A stretch of 60,828 nucleotides of DNA, the filler included. It is 4 parts of 4 records of this genome, joined end to end, with 100 filler letters (N's around TTAATTAATTAA, not from the genome) between each part and the next. Parts side by side here need not be neighbours in the genome. Positions count along the whole stretch, not along the records: positions 42,555 to 55,118 come from SRR20825006_535; positions 55,219 to 60,828 come from SRR20825006_554; 2 more parts are not named here. One strand, written 5' to 3'. Every line of letters begins with the position of its first letter. Position 1 is the stretch's first letter. Under the pieces are notes generated by a model. That model was not told the DNA's origin. It searched no databases and worked only from the letters and a program-made list of their open reading frames with translations. The translations under genes were made by a program, and so were the position numbers. This document shows, piece by piece, positions 51,675 to 60,828 of the stretch.

Positions 51675-52912
51675 GCTGTCCTCCGCTCCATGTTGCCAAG
51701 ATCCACAAGTTCTTCGTCACCGCTCTGGTGGCGGGTTTCGTGAATGAAGTCCTGAAGTGCTGCGTAGCGAATCTTCACATCTTCAAGGATTTGATAATGT
51801 TGAAAAAGCTCCCTCAGAGGTGCTGAGATGTCCTTGTAGGCGGCAAGCGCGGCGACAAGCGCGCCAATCGTCAGGCGACCCTCGAGGACAAGGTACCCTC
51901 CGATGGAGTAGAAGAAAAACGGGGTGAGCGAGGTCAGGAAGTTGTTCAGCGCTTTCTGGAAGAATTTCCAGCGGTAGATCTTTTCACGCACCTCCTCGAG
52001 AAACCGGATCCTCTTGCGTATGGAGAACCGGATACCGGACGAACGCGGGGCGCCACTGTCCTGCAAAACAGCTCCAAGCTCTCGGCCGAAGGCCCGGGTT
52101 CCGGAAACTCTCGTTCGTGTCAGCGCGTTCACACGCCGCTGGATTTTAGGGATCAGTGCAAGCTGAACCGGCAGCAGGGTCAGGGCGGCTGCGCCGAGTA
52201 CGGGGTCCTGGAGGAACATGAAAAACAAGATTGTCGCCAGAGTCCCGCCCTGGAAAACGGGAACAGCGAACGCATCGGCAGCAAATCCGCCTATCGGCTC
52301 AATTTCCTGTGTGATCAGTGGGATGACTTCGGTATCTCGCTCTCCGTGAGCCCTGCGCTGCCAATGCCGGAATATGGTCAGGCGAAGGCGACGGAGAAGG
52401 CGCTCACCGACACGTCCTTTTCGAACATTGAGCCAGTACTTGGCGAGGCCGTTTGCGGCAATGGCGAGGAGATACAATCCGCTGAGCACGAATAGTAGGG
52501 TCGTTTCCGAGAAGCCGAACCGGTCGATCACTGATTCCGGTCTAGCCTCCGATAGTGCGTTATTGATGATCAGTTTCGGCAGTTCGAGCGTGGCATACAG
52601 GATGGGAAGCGAGAGGAGGCCGGCTGCGATCAGCATTGCCTGTTTCCGTGCCGAGTAACTGAGCACGAACGCATATATCCCCGCTTCAGCCTGCGCATAG
52701 GTTCGCTTGGACGGGAGTGATTTTGCCCTTGCGCGCGCATTGTTCCAAAGCGCCTTGACCAGGAAATATAAACCCACGGTAACTAGGGCGAGCGGCGCCC
52801 AGACCAATACGACATGCATTACCGGGTGCAGCCACATAGGGACCGATGGTCCTATCTTGTGGCCCAGTGCATGAATGATTTCGTCCAGGAACGGATGCCG
52901 GGGATCGATCAT
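51671..52912 (-). CDS. ABC-exporter-type transmembrane-domain protein without NBD
   Basis: LELPKLIIN, GERLLRRLR, FFYSIGGYLV..GRLTIGALVA; no Walker motifs. Confidence 0.8.
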   Translation of the reverse strand: MIDPRHPFLDEIIHALGHKIGPSVPMWLHPVMHVVLVWAPLALVTVGLYFLVKALWNNARARAKSLPSKRTYAQAEAGIYAFVLSYSARKQAMLIAAGLLSLPILYATLELPKLIINNALSEARPESVIDRFGFSETTLLFVLSGLYLLAIAANGLAKYWLNVRKGRVGERLLRRLRLTIFRHWQRRAHGERDTEVIPLITQEIEPIGGFAADAFAVPVFQGGTLATILFFMFLQDPVLGAAALTLLPVQLALIPKIQRRVNALTRTRVSGTRAFGRELGAVLQDSGAPRSSGIRFSIRKRIRFLEEVREKIYRWKFFQKALNNFLTSLTPFFFYSIGGYLVLEGRLTIGALVAALAAYKDISAPLRELFQHYQILEDVKIRYAALQDFIHETRHQSGDEELVDLGNMERRTA

Positions 52913-52999
52913 CTTCAGGGTTCTCGCAGTATATCGGTATTTTGGGTTTCAACTACTCCGGCGAAGTGGACCGCCGGAGTAGTCGATGAGATATACAGG

Positions 53000-53704
53000 T
53001 CAGAACATGACCCGGAACCCGACGACGAAGGAAACCACGTCGTCATCCTCTCCCTCGTCCCGGACCAGCCGCCCGCTTTCGCCGAGAGTCCGCTCCCAGT
53101 GAACGCCGACATATGGGGCGATGGCCCGATCAAGCAGGTCGTAGCTGAGGCGCCCGCCGATCTCCAGTTTCGGTCCAAAGGCAGCTCGCCCTGTCGCCTC
53201 ATCGTCGGCCAGCGGCAGGTCCAGTTCGATGCTCGGGGTGAAGATGATCTGGTTAGTGATAAGACCTTCATACTCGATCTCGAAGCGGGCAGACGGATAT
53301 TCCGAGAGATACAGATCCGCATCTACCTCAAACCATTGCTTGGCGAGGCCCTTCAGCCCGAGCACACCATACGTTCGGCGTGGTCCTCCGTCCGGGCTGT
53401 CGTAGCGCACTCCGGCAACAGCATCGAAGAAGGTGCTCACAGGCACTTGCAGGCGAAGCTGGTTTTCCAGCGTTTCGAATGCGTTTGCGTTGGTCCCGTA
53501 TTCTGCTTCGCTGCGGACAACGAACTTGTACTCATCGGTTCCGGCGAAGGCATCGAGGTCCCAGGCATAAGCCGGTGAGCCTTCGCCGCTACGCCATTCC
53601 AACTGTTCCGCCTGGACGCCCCAGAACCATTGCTCCGCTGAGGCTGGGCTGTCGGATAGGATTGCTGCGAACACGGCGAGAGAAGCAATTCTGATCTTCA
53701 TCAC
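53000..53704 (-). CDS. copB: Copper resistance outer-membrane protein B
   Basis: EQLEWR, GVRYD, GL.GLA..WFEVD, APYVGVHWER, C-terminal F; follows the MCO gene. Confidence 0.9.
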   Translation of the reverse strand: MMKIRIASLAVFAAILSDSPASAEQWFWGVQAEQLEWRSGEGSPAYAWDLDAFAGTDEYKFVVRSEAEYGTNANAFETLENQLRLQVPVSTFFDAVAGVRYDSPDGGPRRTYGVLGLKGLAKQWFEVDADLYLSEYPSARFEIEYEGLITNQIIFTPSIELDLPLADDEATGRAAFGPKLEIGGRLSYDLLDRAIAPYVGVHWERTLGESGRLVRDEGEDDDVVSFVVGFRVMF

Positions 53705-55118
53705 TCAGCCCCCCGTTTTCATGTTGGTCGTGGTGGCTGCCGACTTGTCCTTCGGGCCGCCTTCTACCACGACCTTGCGGAACATGCCGCTGTCGGCGTG
53801 GTAGGAAAGGTGGCAGTGGAAGGCCCACTGGCCCGGCGCGTCAACTTCCGTCTCCATGAAGACCGTTGTCCCAGGGGCTACGCTTACAACATGCTTGATC
53901 GGGTTCCACTTGCCCTTTCCGGTATCGAGAATCGACCACATCCCGTGCAGATGCATTGGATGGGTCATCATCGTTTCGTTGACGAACTTGAAGCGCACCC
54001 GCTCGCCGTATTTCAGCCGGATCGGATCGGCGTCGGCAAACTTGATGCCATTGATCGACCAGATGTAGCGCTCCATGTTGCCAGTCAACCGAAGTTCGAC
54101 CTCCCGTGTAGCCTCGCGGTACTCATAGAGTGGTTTCTGGGCACGAAGATCATCGTAGGAGAGGAACTTGCCGCCATTGGCCGCCGACGGCGTCAGGCCG
54201 CTCCCCGGAGCATAAAAGGAGTCGGCCTCGGCCATCATACCCTGCGCCCCATGGTTCATACCGCCATGGCTCGTGCCTTTCATTATCGACCCGTCAGGCA
54301 TCGTATGGCCTTCCTGCGCCATTGCCGTTCCGTCATGTTTCATTGTCGGCATCCCGCCGCCACCTGAATGATCTGTGCCGGCATGGCTCATGCCTTTCAT
54401 TGAGGAGCCGTCAGGCATCTTGTGTGTGTCGGGCATCTGCCCGGTGCCATGATTCGTCTGCCCCTGGTTCATGGCTCCATGGTTCATTCCCTGCATGGCG
54501 CGGCCGTCAGGCATCGTATGACTCATTCCACCCATGGACATGCTGCCGTGGTCCATACCTTCATGCGCCATTCCCATATCGGCCATGGTCAGCAAGCTGG
54601 GTTTACGCAACTCTGGGGCATCAGCAACCATGCCCTCTGAGGTTGCGAGTGTCGCCCGGACGGAGGCTGTTCGGCCCATGGATTCGGCAAAAATCGCGTA
54701 TGCTTGGTCCTCTTTTGGCTGAACGAGAACGTCATAGGTCTCGGCGACTGCGATCCGGAACTCGTCGACTGGAACTGGCAAAACATTGTTCCCGTCCGCC
54801 TGCACAACGGTCATCTTGAGGCCCGGGATCCGGACGTCGAAATAGGCCATTGCCGAGGAATTGATAAAGCGCAGACGAACCCGTTCGCCCGGCTTGAAGA
54901 GGCCGGTCCAGTTCTGTTCCGTGCTCTTTCCATTGATCAGTGGCGTAAAGCCCTGGAGATCCTCGATATCGGTCGGCATCATCCGCATGTCGCCCCAGGC
55001 CGCACGGTCGGCGAGTGCCGTGTCAACCCCCTTCTCTCGGGCGTCTTTCAGGAAGTCAAACAGAGTGCGCTGCTGACGGTTGTAGTAGTCCGGCATCATT
55101 TTCAGGTTGCGCATGATC
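53705..55118 (-). CDS. CopA/PcoA-type multicopper oxidase, 5' truncated
   Basis: LTGNMERYIWS, HPMHLHG, WAFHCHLSYHADSGM; Met/His-rich insert. Confidence 0.95.
54240..54580 (-). repeat. Three imperfect HxMPDGxxMxGxxH repeats in the MCO insert
   Basis: CCGTCAGGCATC at 54291, 54408 and 54504. Confidence 0.8.
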
Positions 55119-55218
55119 NNNNNNNNNNNNNNNNNNNNNNNNNNNNNNNNNNNNNNNNNNNNTTAATTAATTAANNNNNNNNNNNNNNNNNNNNNNNNNN
55201 NNNNNNNNNNNNNNNNNN
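55119..55218. other. Artificial contig spacer
   Basis: 44 N + TTAATTAATTAA + 44 N. Confidence 0.99.
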
Positions 55219-55780
55219 CATGGCGGTGAACGAGGAAAACGCCGCCGGTGGTCAGGTCGTCACCGCCCCCACCAATGGCGCGGCAGGCGTGTTGCCTGCG
55301 ACGCTGCGCTATTACCTCGACCATGTGCCGGGCGCGTCCGAAAAACATATCGAGGATTTCCTGCTGACCGCTGCCGCCATCGGCGGATTGGTGAAATACA
55401 ACGCCTCGATCTCGGGTGCCGAAGCGGGCTGTCAGGCCGAAGTGGGCAGTGCCGCCGCGATGTCAGCCGCCGCCCTCTGTGCGGTGATGGGCGGCACGCC
55501 GGAACAGGTTGAAAATGCCGCTGAAATCGCGCTGGAGCATCATCTGGGCATGACCTGCGATCCGGTCAAAGGTCTCGTGCAGGTGCCCTGTATCGAACGC
55601 AACGGTCTGGGCGCGATCAAGGCGGTCAGCGCCGCATCGCTGGCCCTGCGCGGGGATGGCACCCATCTGGTGCCGCTGGACGCATGCATCGAAACCATGC
55701 GCCAGACCGGCGCGGATATGTCCGAGAAGTACAAGGAAACCTCGTTGGGCGGGCTGGCGGTCAACGTTCCGAACTGCTGA
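55219..55780 (+). CDS. sdaA: L-serine ammonia-lyase, 5' truncated
   Basis: [57 protein letters not shown]. Confidence 0.96.
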
Positions 55781-55834
55781 CATTTTGCGCACCGGCAATT
55801 GCCAATTCCAAATGCCGCACCTAGCGTGCGGCTT

Positions 55835-56749
55835 ATGGATCAGGATCGCCCCCTTCTAGGTATCATGTTGATGCTCGGCTTTTGCGTGGTTGCCCCGATG
55901 GGCGATGCGCTGGCCAAGGTCATCGGCCAGTCGCTGTCGCTGGGGCAATTGCTGTGGTGCCGGTTCATGGTGCAGGTGATCGTGCTGATCCCGCTGGTCT
56001 GGCTGACCGGACGCCAATGGAAGATGCGGGGCCGTGTGCTGCGGCTGACGTTCATCCGCACCTTGCTGCACATCGCGGGCATTGGCGGCATGTTCACCGC
56101 CCTGCGCTATCTGCCACTGGCCGATGCGGTGGCGATTGCGTTCGTCATGCCGTTCATCATGCTGTTGCTGGGCAAATTCGTTCTGGGCGAAGAGGTCGGG
56201 TCGCGCCGTCTGATCGCCTGTGCCGTCGGGTTTTGCGGAACGATGCTGGTGGTGCAGCCCAGCTTTGCCAATGTCGGTTGGCCCGCGCTGTGGCCCCTGT
56301 TCGTGGCGGTGACCTTTGCCCTGTTCATGCTGGTCACCCGCCAGATCGCCAAGGAAACGGACCCTGTAGGGCTGCAGGCGGTGTCGGGCGGAATGGCCGT
56401 TGCGATCATGTCGCCGCTGTTGTGGCTGTTTTCCGACGATGTGGCGGGGCTGGCGATGCGTATGCCCGACGGACGCGAGGCGTTGTTGCTGGTGGGCATC
56501 GGCCTGTTCGGGACATTGGGGCACCTGATGATGACATGGTCGCTGCGCTTTGCGCCCTCGGCGACGCTGGCGCCGATGCAATACCTCGAGATCCCCTTTG
56601 CCACGGCCATCGGCTATGTGGTGTTCCGCGATCTGCCCAACGGGCTGGCGACGGTCGGCATCATGATAACAATCGCTGCGGGTCTTTATGTGGTGCTGCG
56701 CGAACACAGCGTCGCGCGGCGGCAGATGCGGGTGCCGCCGATCGCTTAG
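55835..56749 (+). CDS. DMT/EamA-family transporter
   Basis: About 10 TM helices; [27 protein letters not shown]. Confidence 0.9.
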   Translation: MDQDRPLLGIMLMLGFCVVAPMGDALAKVIGQSLSLGQLLWCRFMVQVIVLIPLVWLTGRQWKMRGRVLRLTFIRTLLHIAGIGGMFTALRYLPLADAVAIAFVMPFIMLLLGKFVLGEEVGSRRLIACAVGFCGTMLVVQPSFANVGWPALWPLFVAVTFALFMLVTRQIAKETDPVGLQAVSGGMAVAIMSPLLWLFSDDVAGLAMRMPDGREALLLVGIGLFGTLGHLMMTWSLRFAPSATLAPMQYLEIPFATAIGYVVFRDLPNGLATVGIMITIAAGLYVVLREHSVARRQMRVPPIA

Positions 56750-57405
56750 ATCAATGCCTGAACCAGCTCGGGCAGAATGCGCCGTGGCGCGATGCACAGC
56801 ATCCCCGGCCAGTCCATCCACAGCCGAACCGCTCCCGTAGCGCGGTTCGACGTGCCGATCAGGCGCATCGGGTGAAACTCCAACCCGTCAATCGGCCATT
56901 CCAACCCGGTCGATCGTCCTGACACTTTCTGCATCGGAAACAATGATACGACATCGCCTTGCGTCACGGGCAAATCCACCTGGGCGGGGCAATGAAAGAT
57001 CACTTCGGTCGCCCCCAGCATGATACAGGGACGCGCGTTGTGGGCAGCCAGCACATGAAAAGCCGCCAGTTGATGATCCAGCCGTTCCCCTGTAAAACCG
57101 ACAGCGATCACCAAAGGTGCCGAAATGTTGCGCAATGCCTTGTCGAAATCGGTGCTGGACTGTTCCGAGATGTGATAAAGCTGTTTCGGGGGGATCCGGG
57201 CACGAATATCCTCGGGCAAACTGTCGAAATCGCCGATCACGGCATCGGGCATGACGCCCGCCTCGAGGGCCAGCATGGCGCCGCCATCGGCGGCCACGCA
57301 GACCGGGGCAAGTGCGCGTGAAAAAGCCACATCAGCGGCGCTGCCTGCACCGCCGCCGATCAATGTCACCGGCACTGCACTTTCAACGATCACGCCATCT
57401 TTCAC
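56746..57405 (-). CDS. thiN: Thiamine diphosphokinase
   Basis: AADGGA, IGDFDS, TDFDKAL, GERLDH, GLEWP, GTSN. Confidence 0.92.
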   Translation of the reverse strand: MKDGVIVESAVPVTLIGGGAGSAADVAFSRALAPVCVAADGGAMLALEAGVMPDAVIGDFDSLPEDIRARIPPKQLYHISEQSSTDFDKALRNISAPLVIAVGFTGERLDHQLAAFHVLAAHNARPCIMLGATEVIFHCPAQVDLPVTQGDVVSLFPMQKVSGRSTGLEWPIDGLEFHPMRLIGTSNRATGAVRLWMDWPGMLCIAPRRILPELVQALI

Positions 57406-57538
57406 GGTATTAGCCTCATATTTGGAAACAAGTCACAAAGTCGCCTTAAAATGATACCGTGTCGGGCACAGATTCGGGCTGGTTTGGCCGCGCCATTCAA
57501 CAATACCCAAGCCTGCAGCACCGCAGAGGACGCCTATT

Positions 57539-59671
57539 ATGATCAGTAACAATAAAATTTTAACGGTCTCCTACGGCACCTTTTCGTGCACGTTGGAAGG
57601 GTTTGACGATTCTTTCCACACAATGAAAGCCATTGCGGAGTATTTCCGCGATTTGGCCAGCGATGACCGTTACTTTGGTGCTGAACCTCCGCAACCCGAC
57701 GCCGAGATGCTGGCACGTATCGCAGAGCGCGAAATCGCCCGTCGCGTCGAGGCGCGCATGAACGAGGGCCGCATTTTCCTGAGTGCCACCGCACCCGAAG
57801 CGGCACCTGCTGCACCGGCCGCTGCCGCACCTGTTGCCCCGGCCGCACCAAAAGAGACAGAGGCCGCCCCCGAAGTCGCCCCCGACATGGTCCCGGAAAC
57901 CGATGCCGTCCAGCTGCAGGACGACAACGCGGATGCGGACATGCAACAGAGTGACGACATTGACGACGCCTTTGACCACGCCAAGGCGGGCGACATGCTG
58001 CACACAGCGCCCGACTCAGTGGCCGAGGAAGAGACCTTCGAAGACAGCGCCCCCGAAGCCTTCTTTACCGACGCGACCGAAGACACCGCAGAATCTGACG
58101 CCGAAGAAGACGAACAGACCACGATGGCCGTGGCCGAAGCCGTCGAAAGCACACCCCGCGACCGCGTGATCCCCCATGCCGACAGCATCGCAGCCAAGCT
58201 AGAGCGTATCCGCGCCGTGGTGTCGCAAGCCGACGACGAGGATCTGGACGACGATTATTCCGAGGATGAACACGCCGAGGAACTGCTGTCCGACGCCATC
58301 CACGCGGACGAGAATTTTGAAGACGACGCTTTCGAAGATGACGACGCGCAGGCCGCTGAGGACGATGCGCTGATGAACGCGATGATGGCGCAGGACGAGG
58401 ATGACGACGCGCAGGACGTGGCCCGCGAAAGCACCGCGTCAGAGGTGATCGCCGAAGCCGCAGCCGAAGCAAGCGCCGTGCTGGACGAAGACGACACCAT
58501 GACTGTGGCCGAAGATGAGGACGACGGCGACGTCGCGGCGATCCTGGCCCGTCTGGACGGCGAAACCTCGGAAGAGGACGCGGATGACCAAGTCATGTCC
58601 GGCGACGACACAGACACCGACGACATGAACCTCTTTGACGACAGCGATGATACGGATGACGACGATGAAGAGATCATGATCGTCGAGCACGAGGACAGCG
58701 CAGAAGACGCCGCTGCCCCTGCCCCGCGCATCACCCGTATCGTCAAGGTCAAGCGCGCCGATCTGGAAGCCGCCATCGCGCAAGGCAATCTTGAAGAGAT
58801 GGCCGACGATGAGGACGACCTGAACGCAACATCCGCGACGGCCAACAGCTCCTCGCTTTCCGAGGAAGACGAAGACGCCCTGCTGCGCGAACTGGCTGAT
58901 GTCGAAGCAGGCCTGATCGAAAATGAAGCCGACGAGGACGAAGCAGCCCGCGCCGCCCACGTGGCCCGCACCGCTGCGGCCAAGCTGGAAGACGCCGCAG
59001 ACGACGGTGATGTGGCCCGCCTGATGGCCAAGACCGACGCCGAAATGGGTGAACCCGAAAGCGCGCGCCGCCGCGATGCCTTTGCCCACCTGCGGGCGGC
59101 TGTGGCTGCGAAGAACTCGGACGACGGTATTGTCGGCGACAAACTGGCCGAGGATGCGCTGGAAGTGCGCGCCTACCAGACCGATCTGGCCGACGTGGTC
59201 AGACCGCGCCGCCCCGAACTGCGTGGCACAGGCCGTGACCGTCGTCCTGACACGCAACGCCCCGCACCGCTGAAACTGGTGGCCGAACAGCGTGTTGACG
59301 CCGTTCAACCGGCCCCCTTGTCCACACCGGTGCGCCCGCGCCGCGTGGAACAGCCCGTTGCCGTTGCGGACACCGGCAACGCCACACACAGCTTTGCCGA
59401 ATTTGCCGAAGACATGGGCGCGCATGAACTGCCCGACCTGTTGGAGGCCGCCGCCGCCTATCTGGCCTTTGTGGAACAGCGCGACCAGTTCTCGCGTCCA
59501 CAGCTGATGACCAAAGTGCGTCAGGTGATCGGCACCGACTTTAGCCGCGAAGACGGCCTGCGTTCCTTTGGCCAACTGCTCCGGGCCGGGAAGATCGAAA
59601 AGATCAAAGGCGGGCGCTTTGTTGTCTCGGGCGATATCGGGTTCCGCCCCGACCAACGCGCCGCAGGCTGA
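57539..59671 (+). CDS. Large acidic low-complexity protein of unknown function
   Basis: 710-aa ORF with ordered-looking termini and a D/E/A-rich centre; own terminator. Confidence 0.85.
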   Translation: MISNNKILTVSYGTFSCTLEGFDDSFHTMKAIAEYFRDLASDDRYFGAEPPQPDAEMLARIAEREIARRVEARMNEGRIFLSATAPEAAPAAPAAAAPVAPAAPKETEAAPEVAPDMVPETDAVQLQDDNADADMQQSDDIDDAFDHAKAGDMLHTAPDSVAEEETFEDSAPEAFFTDATEDTAESDAEEDEQTTMAVAEAVESTPRDRVIPHADSIAAKLERIRAVVSQADDEDLDDDYSEDEHAEELLSDAIHADENFEDDAFEDDDAQAAEDDALMNAMMAQDEDDDAQDVARESTASEVIAEAAAEASAVLDEDDTMTVAEDEDDGDVAAILARLDGETSEEDADDQVMSGDDTDTDDMNLFDDSDDTDDDDEEIMIVEHEDSAEDAAAPAPRITRIVKVKRADLEAAIAQGNLEEMADDEDDLNATSATANSSSLSEEDEDALLRELADVEAGLIENEADEDEAARAAHVARTAAAKLEDAADDGDVARLMAKTDAEMGEPESARRRDAFAHLRAAVAAKNSDDGIVGDKLAEDALEVRAYQTDLADVVRPRRPELRGTGRDRRPDTQRPAPLKLVAEQRVDAVQPAPLSTPVRPRRVEQPVAVADTGNATHSFAEFAEDMGAHELPDLLEAAAAYLAFVEQRDQFSRPQLMTKVRQVIGTDFSREDGLRSFGQLLRAGKIEKIKGGRFVVSGDIGFRPDQRAAG

Positions 59672-59693
59672 CTGCCACAGCTGAAAGAGACTG

Positions 59694-59722
59694 AAACGGC
59701 GGGCCTTCGGGTCCGCCGTTTT
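59694..59722. terminator. Intrinsic terminator with cUUCGg loop
   Basis: AAACGGCGGGCC-TTCG-GGTCCGCCGTTTT between convergent genes. Confidence 0.88.
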
Positions 59723-59734
59723 GGCATTTGGGGG

Positions 59735-60109
59735 TTAGCTGTCCGGCACCGGCGTGCAAAAGATCAGGCGGTTGCCAAAGGGATCGGCCACGCTCATATC
59801 GTCCATTCCGTAAGGTTGCCGCTGGACGCCCGGGCGGGCAAAACCATAGTTCTTGGCGCACAGCGCTGCGGCATAGGCCGCCACATCCGGCACCCCGATG
59901 CGCAGCGCAGCCCCCGGCGACGCATCGCCATGATGTTCGGACAGATGCACCTCGCAGTCGCCCATGCGCAGGCTCATATACAACGGCAGGTCGGGCGCAA
60001 AGCGGTGCTCGAACACCACCTCGAACCCCAGGAAATCCACGTAGAATTCGCGCGCCTTGGCCGCATCGAAACTGCGCAGGACCGGGATCGGCGCCGCGGC
60101 CTGCATCAT
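59735..60109 (-). CDS. Glyoxalase/bleomycin-resistance (VOC) superfamily protein
   Basis: PIPVLRSFD..KAREFYVDFLGF, LSEHHGD, DPFGNRLIF; ATGA overlap with the upstream gene. Confidence 0.88.
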   Translation of the reverse strand: MMQAAAPIPVLRSFDAAKAREFYVDFLGFEVVFEHRFAPDLPLYMSLRMGDCEVHLSEHHGDASPGAALRIGVPDVAAYAAALCAKNYGFARPGVQRQPYGMDDMSVADPFGNRLIFCTPVPDS

Positions 60110-60339
60110 TTGCCCGTGCTCTGGTCGGCGTCGGGGTCCGGTTGCCCGACCCCCTTGAACACGGCCTTGAGCGGGAAGGCCCACAAGACGCCAAGCCCCA
60201 CATAGACCAGCAGTTCGACCCAGATCGACGGCCGGTCGAACAGCGCCACGATGTTGACCGCAAGGATCACATAGAGCGGCAGCCCGACCAGCAGGATGAT
60301 CAACGACCAACGCCGCCGTGCTTTGTAGCTTAGCGCCAT
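60106..60339 (-). CDS. DUF2842-like small membrane protein
   Basis: LSYKARRRWSL..L.VGLPLY...LGVLWAFPLK; two TM helices; follows purA. Confidence 0.8.
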   Translation of the reverse strand: MALSYKARRRWSLIILLVGLPLYVILAVNIVALFDRPSIWVELLVYVGLGVLWAFPLKAVFKGVGQPDPDADQSTGK

Positions 60340-60348
60340 GTGGCCCCC

Positions 60349-60828
60349 TTAATCAGCGAACGGATCGCGTACCAGAATGGTGTCTTCACGCTCGGGCGAG
60401 GTGGACAGCAAGGCCACCGGACATTCGATCAGCTCTTCGACGCGGCGCACGTATTTGATCGCCTCGGCGGGCAGGTCAGCCCAGCTTCGCGCGCCTTCGG
60501 TCGATTCCGACCAGCCCGGCATTTCCTCGTAGATCGGTGTGCAGCGCGCCTGTTGGTCGGCGGCGGTGGGCAAATAGTCCATCCGTTCCCCGTCCAGCTC
60601 GTAGCCCACGCAAATCTTCAGCGTCTCGAAACCGTCCAGAACGTCCAGCTTGGTCAGCGAGATGCCGTCAACGCCGCTGGTCGCACAGGTCTGGCGCACC
60701 AGGCAGGCATCGAACCAGCCACAGCGACGCTTGCGGCCTGTTGTGGTGCCGAACTCGTGGCCTCGTTCGCCCAGACGCTGACCGTCTTCGTCCAGCAGTT
60801 CGGTCGGGAACGGACCTTCGCCCACGCG
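60349..60828 (-). CDS. purA: Adenylosuccinate synthetase, C-terminal part (window edge)
   Basis: [31 protein letters not shown]. Confidence 0.97.
   Translation of the reverse strand, partial: RVGEGPFPTELLDEDGQRLGERGHEFGTTTGRKRRCGWFDACLVRQTCATSGVDGISLTKLDVLDGFETLKICVGYELDGERMDYLPTAADQQARCTPIYEEMPGWSESTEGARSWADLPAEAIKYVRRVEELIECPVALLSTSPEREDTILVRDPFAD

Noticed and set aside
42555-55118. Calling the copper island a mobile element
   Set aside because: Gene content suggests one, but no transposase, integrase or terminal repeats are visible, and both ends are contig breaks
57539-59671. CheA or lipoprotein annotation for the acidic protein
   Set aside because: No Hpt, kinase or CheW motifs and no signal peptide or lipobox
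1-60828. CRISPR arrays, tRNA/rRNA genes, IS elements
   Set aside because: None recognised by eye; intergenic spaces are short and mostly explained by terminators or promoters

Overview
The window is four separate contigs joined by three artificial 100-nt spacers (44 N + TTAATTAATTAA + 44 N), so genes on either side of a spacer are not neighbours. Contig 1 (1-24292, Rhodospirillales/Thalassospira-like) carries udg, a lytic transglycosylase, a DeoR-controlled 2-deoxyribose locus with an ABC importer, a full ccmABCDEFGHI operon whose CcmF lacks both periplasmic histidines, DUF1223, an NSS transporter and a CBS-PAS-GGDEF-EAL protein. Contig 2 (24393-42454, visibly higher GC) is an internal piece of a hybrid lipopeptide assembly line: FAAL-ACP-KS-AT-KR-ACP-KS-(no AT)-KR-ACP, then docking-C-A-T-C-A-T-C-A. 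Contig 3 (42555-55118) is a copper island with a P1B ATPase, CueR, SHOCT protein and two cytochromes c. It also holds an FNR-box-led operon (CutF/CruR-like leader, His-rich beta-propeller, DUF2933, ICMT, VTT, APC) and a convergent MCO-CopB-ABC(TMD only)-PCuAC-like operon. Contig 4 (55219-60828, Rhodobacteraceae-like) has sdaA, DMT, thiN, a 710-aa acidic protein, a glyoxalase-family protein, DUF2842 and purA. The best novelty candidates are the degenerate CcmF, the FNR plus ribosome-stalling-leader copper operon, and the lipopeptide cluster with an AT-less PKS module. All family and taxon calls come from motif recognition by eye; no searches were run.
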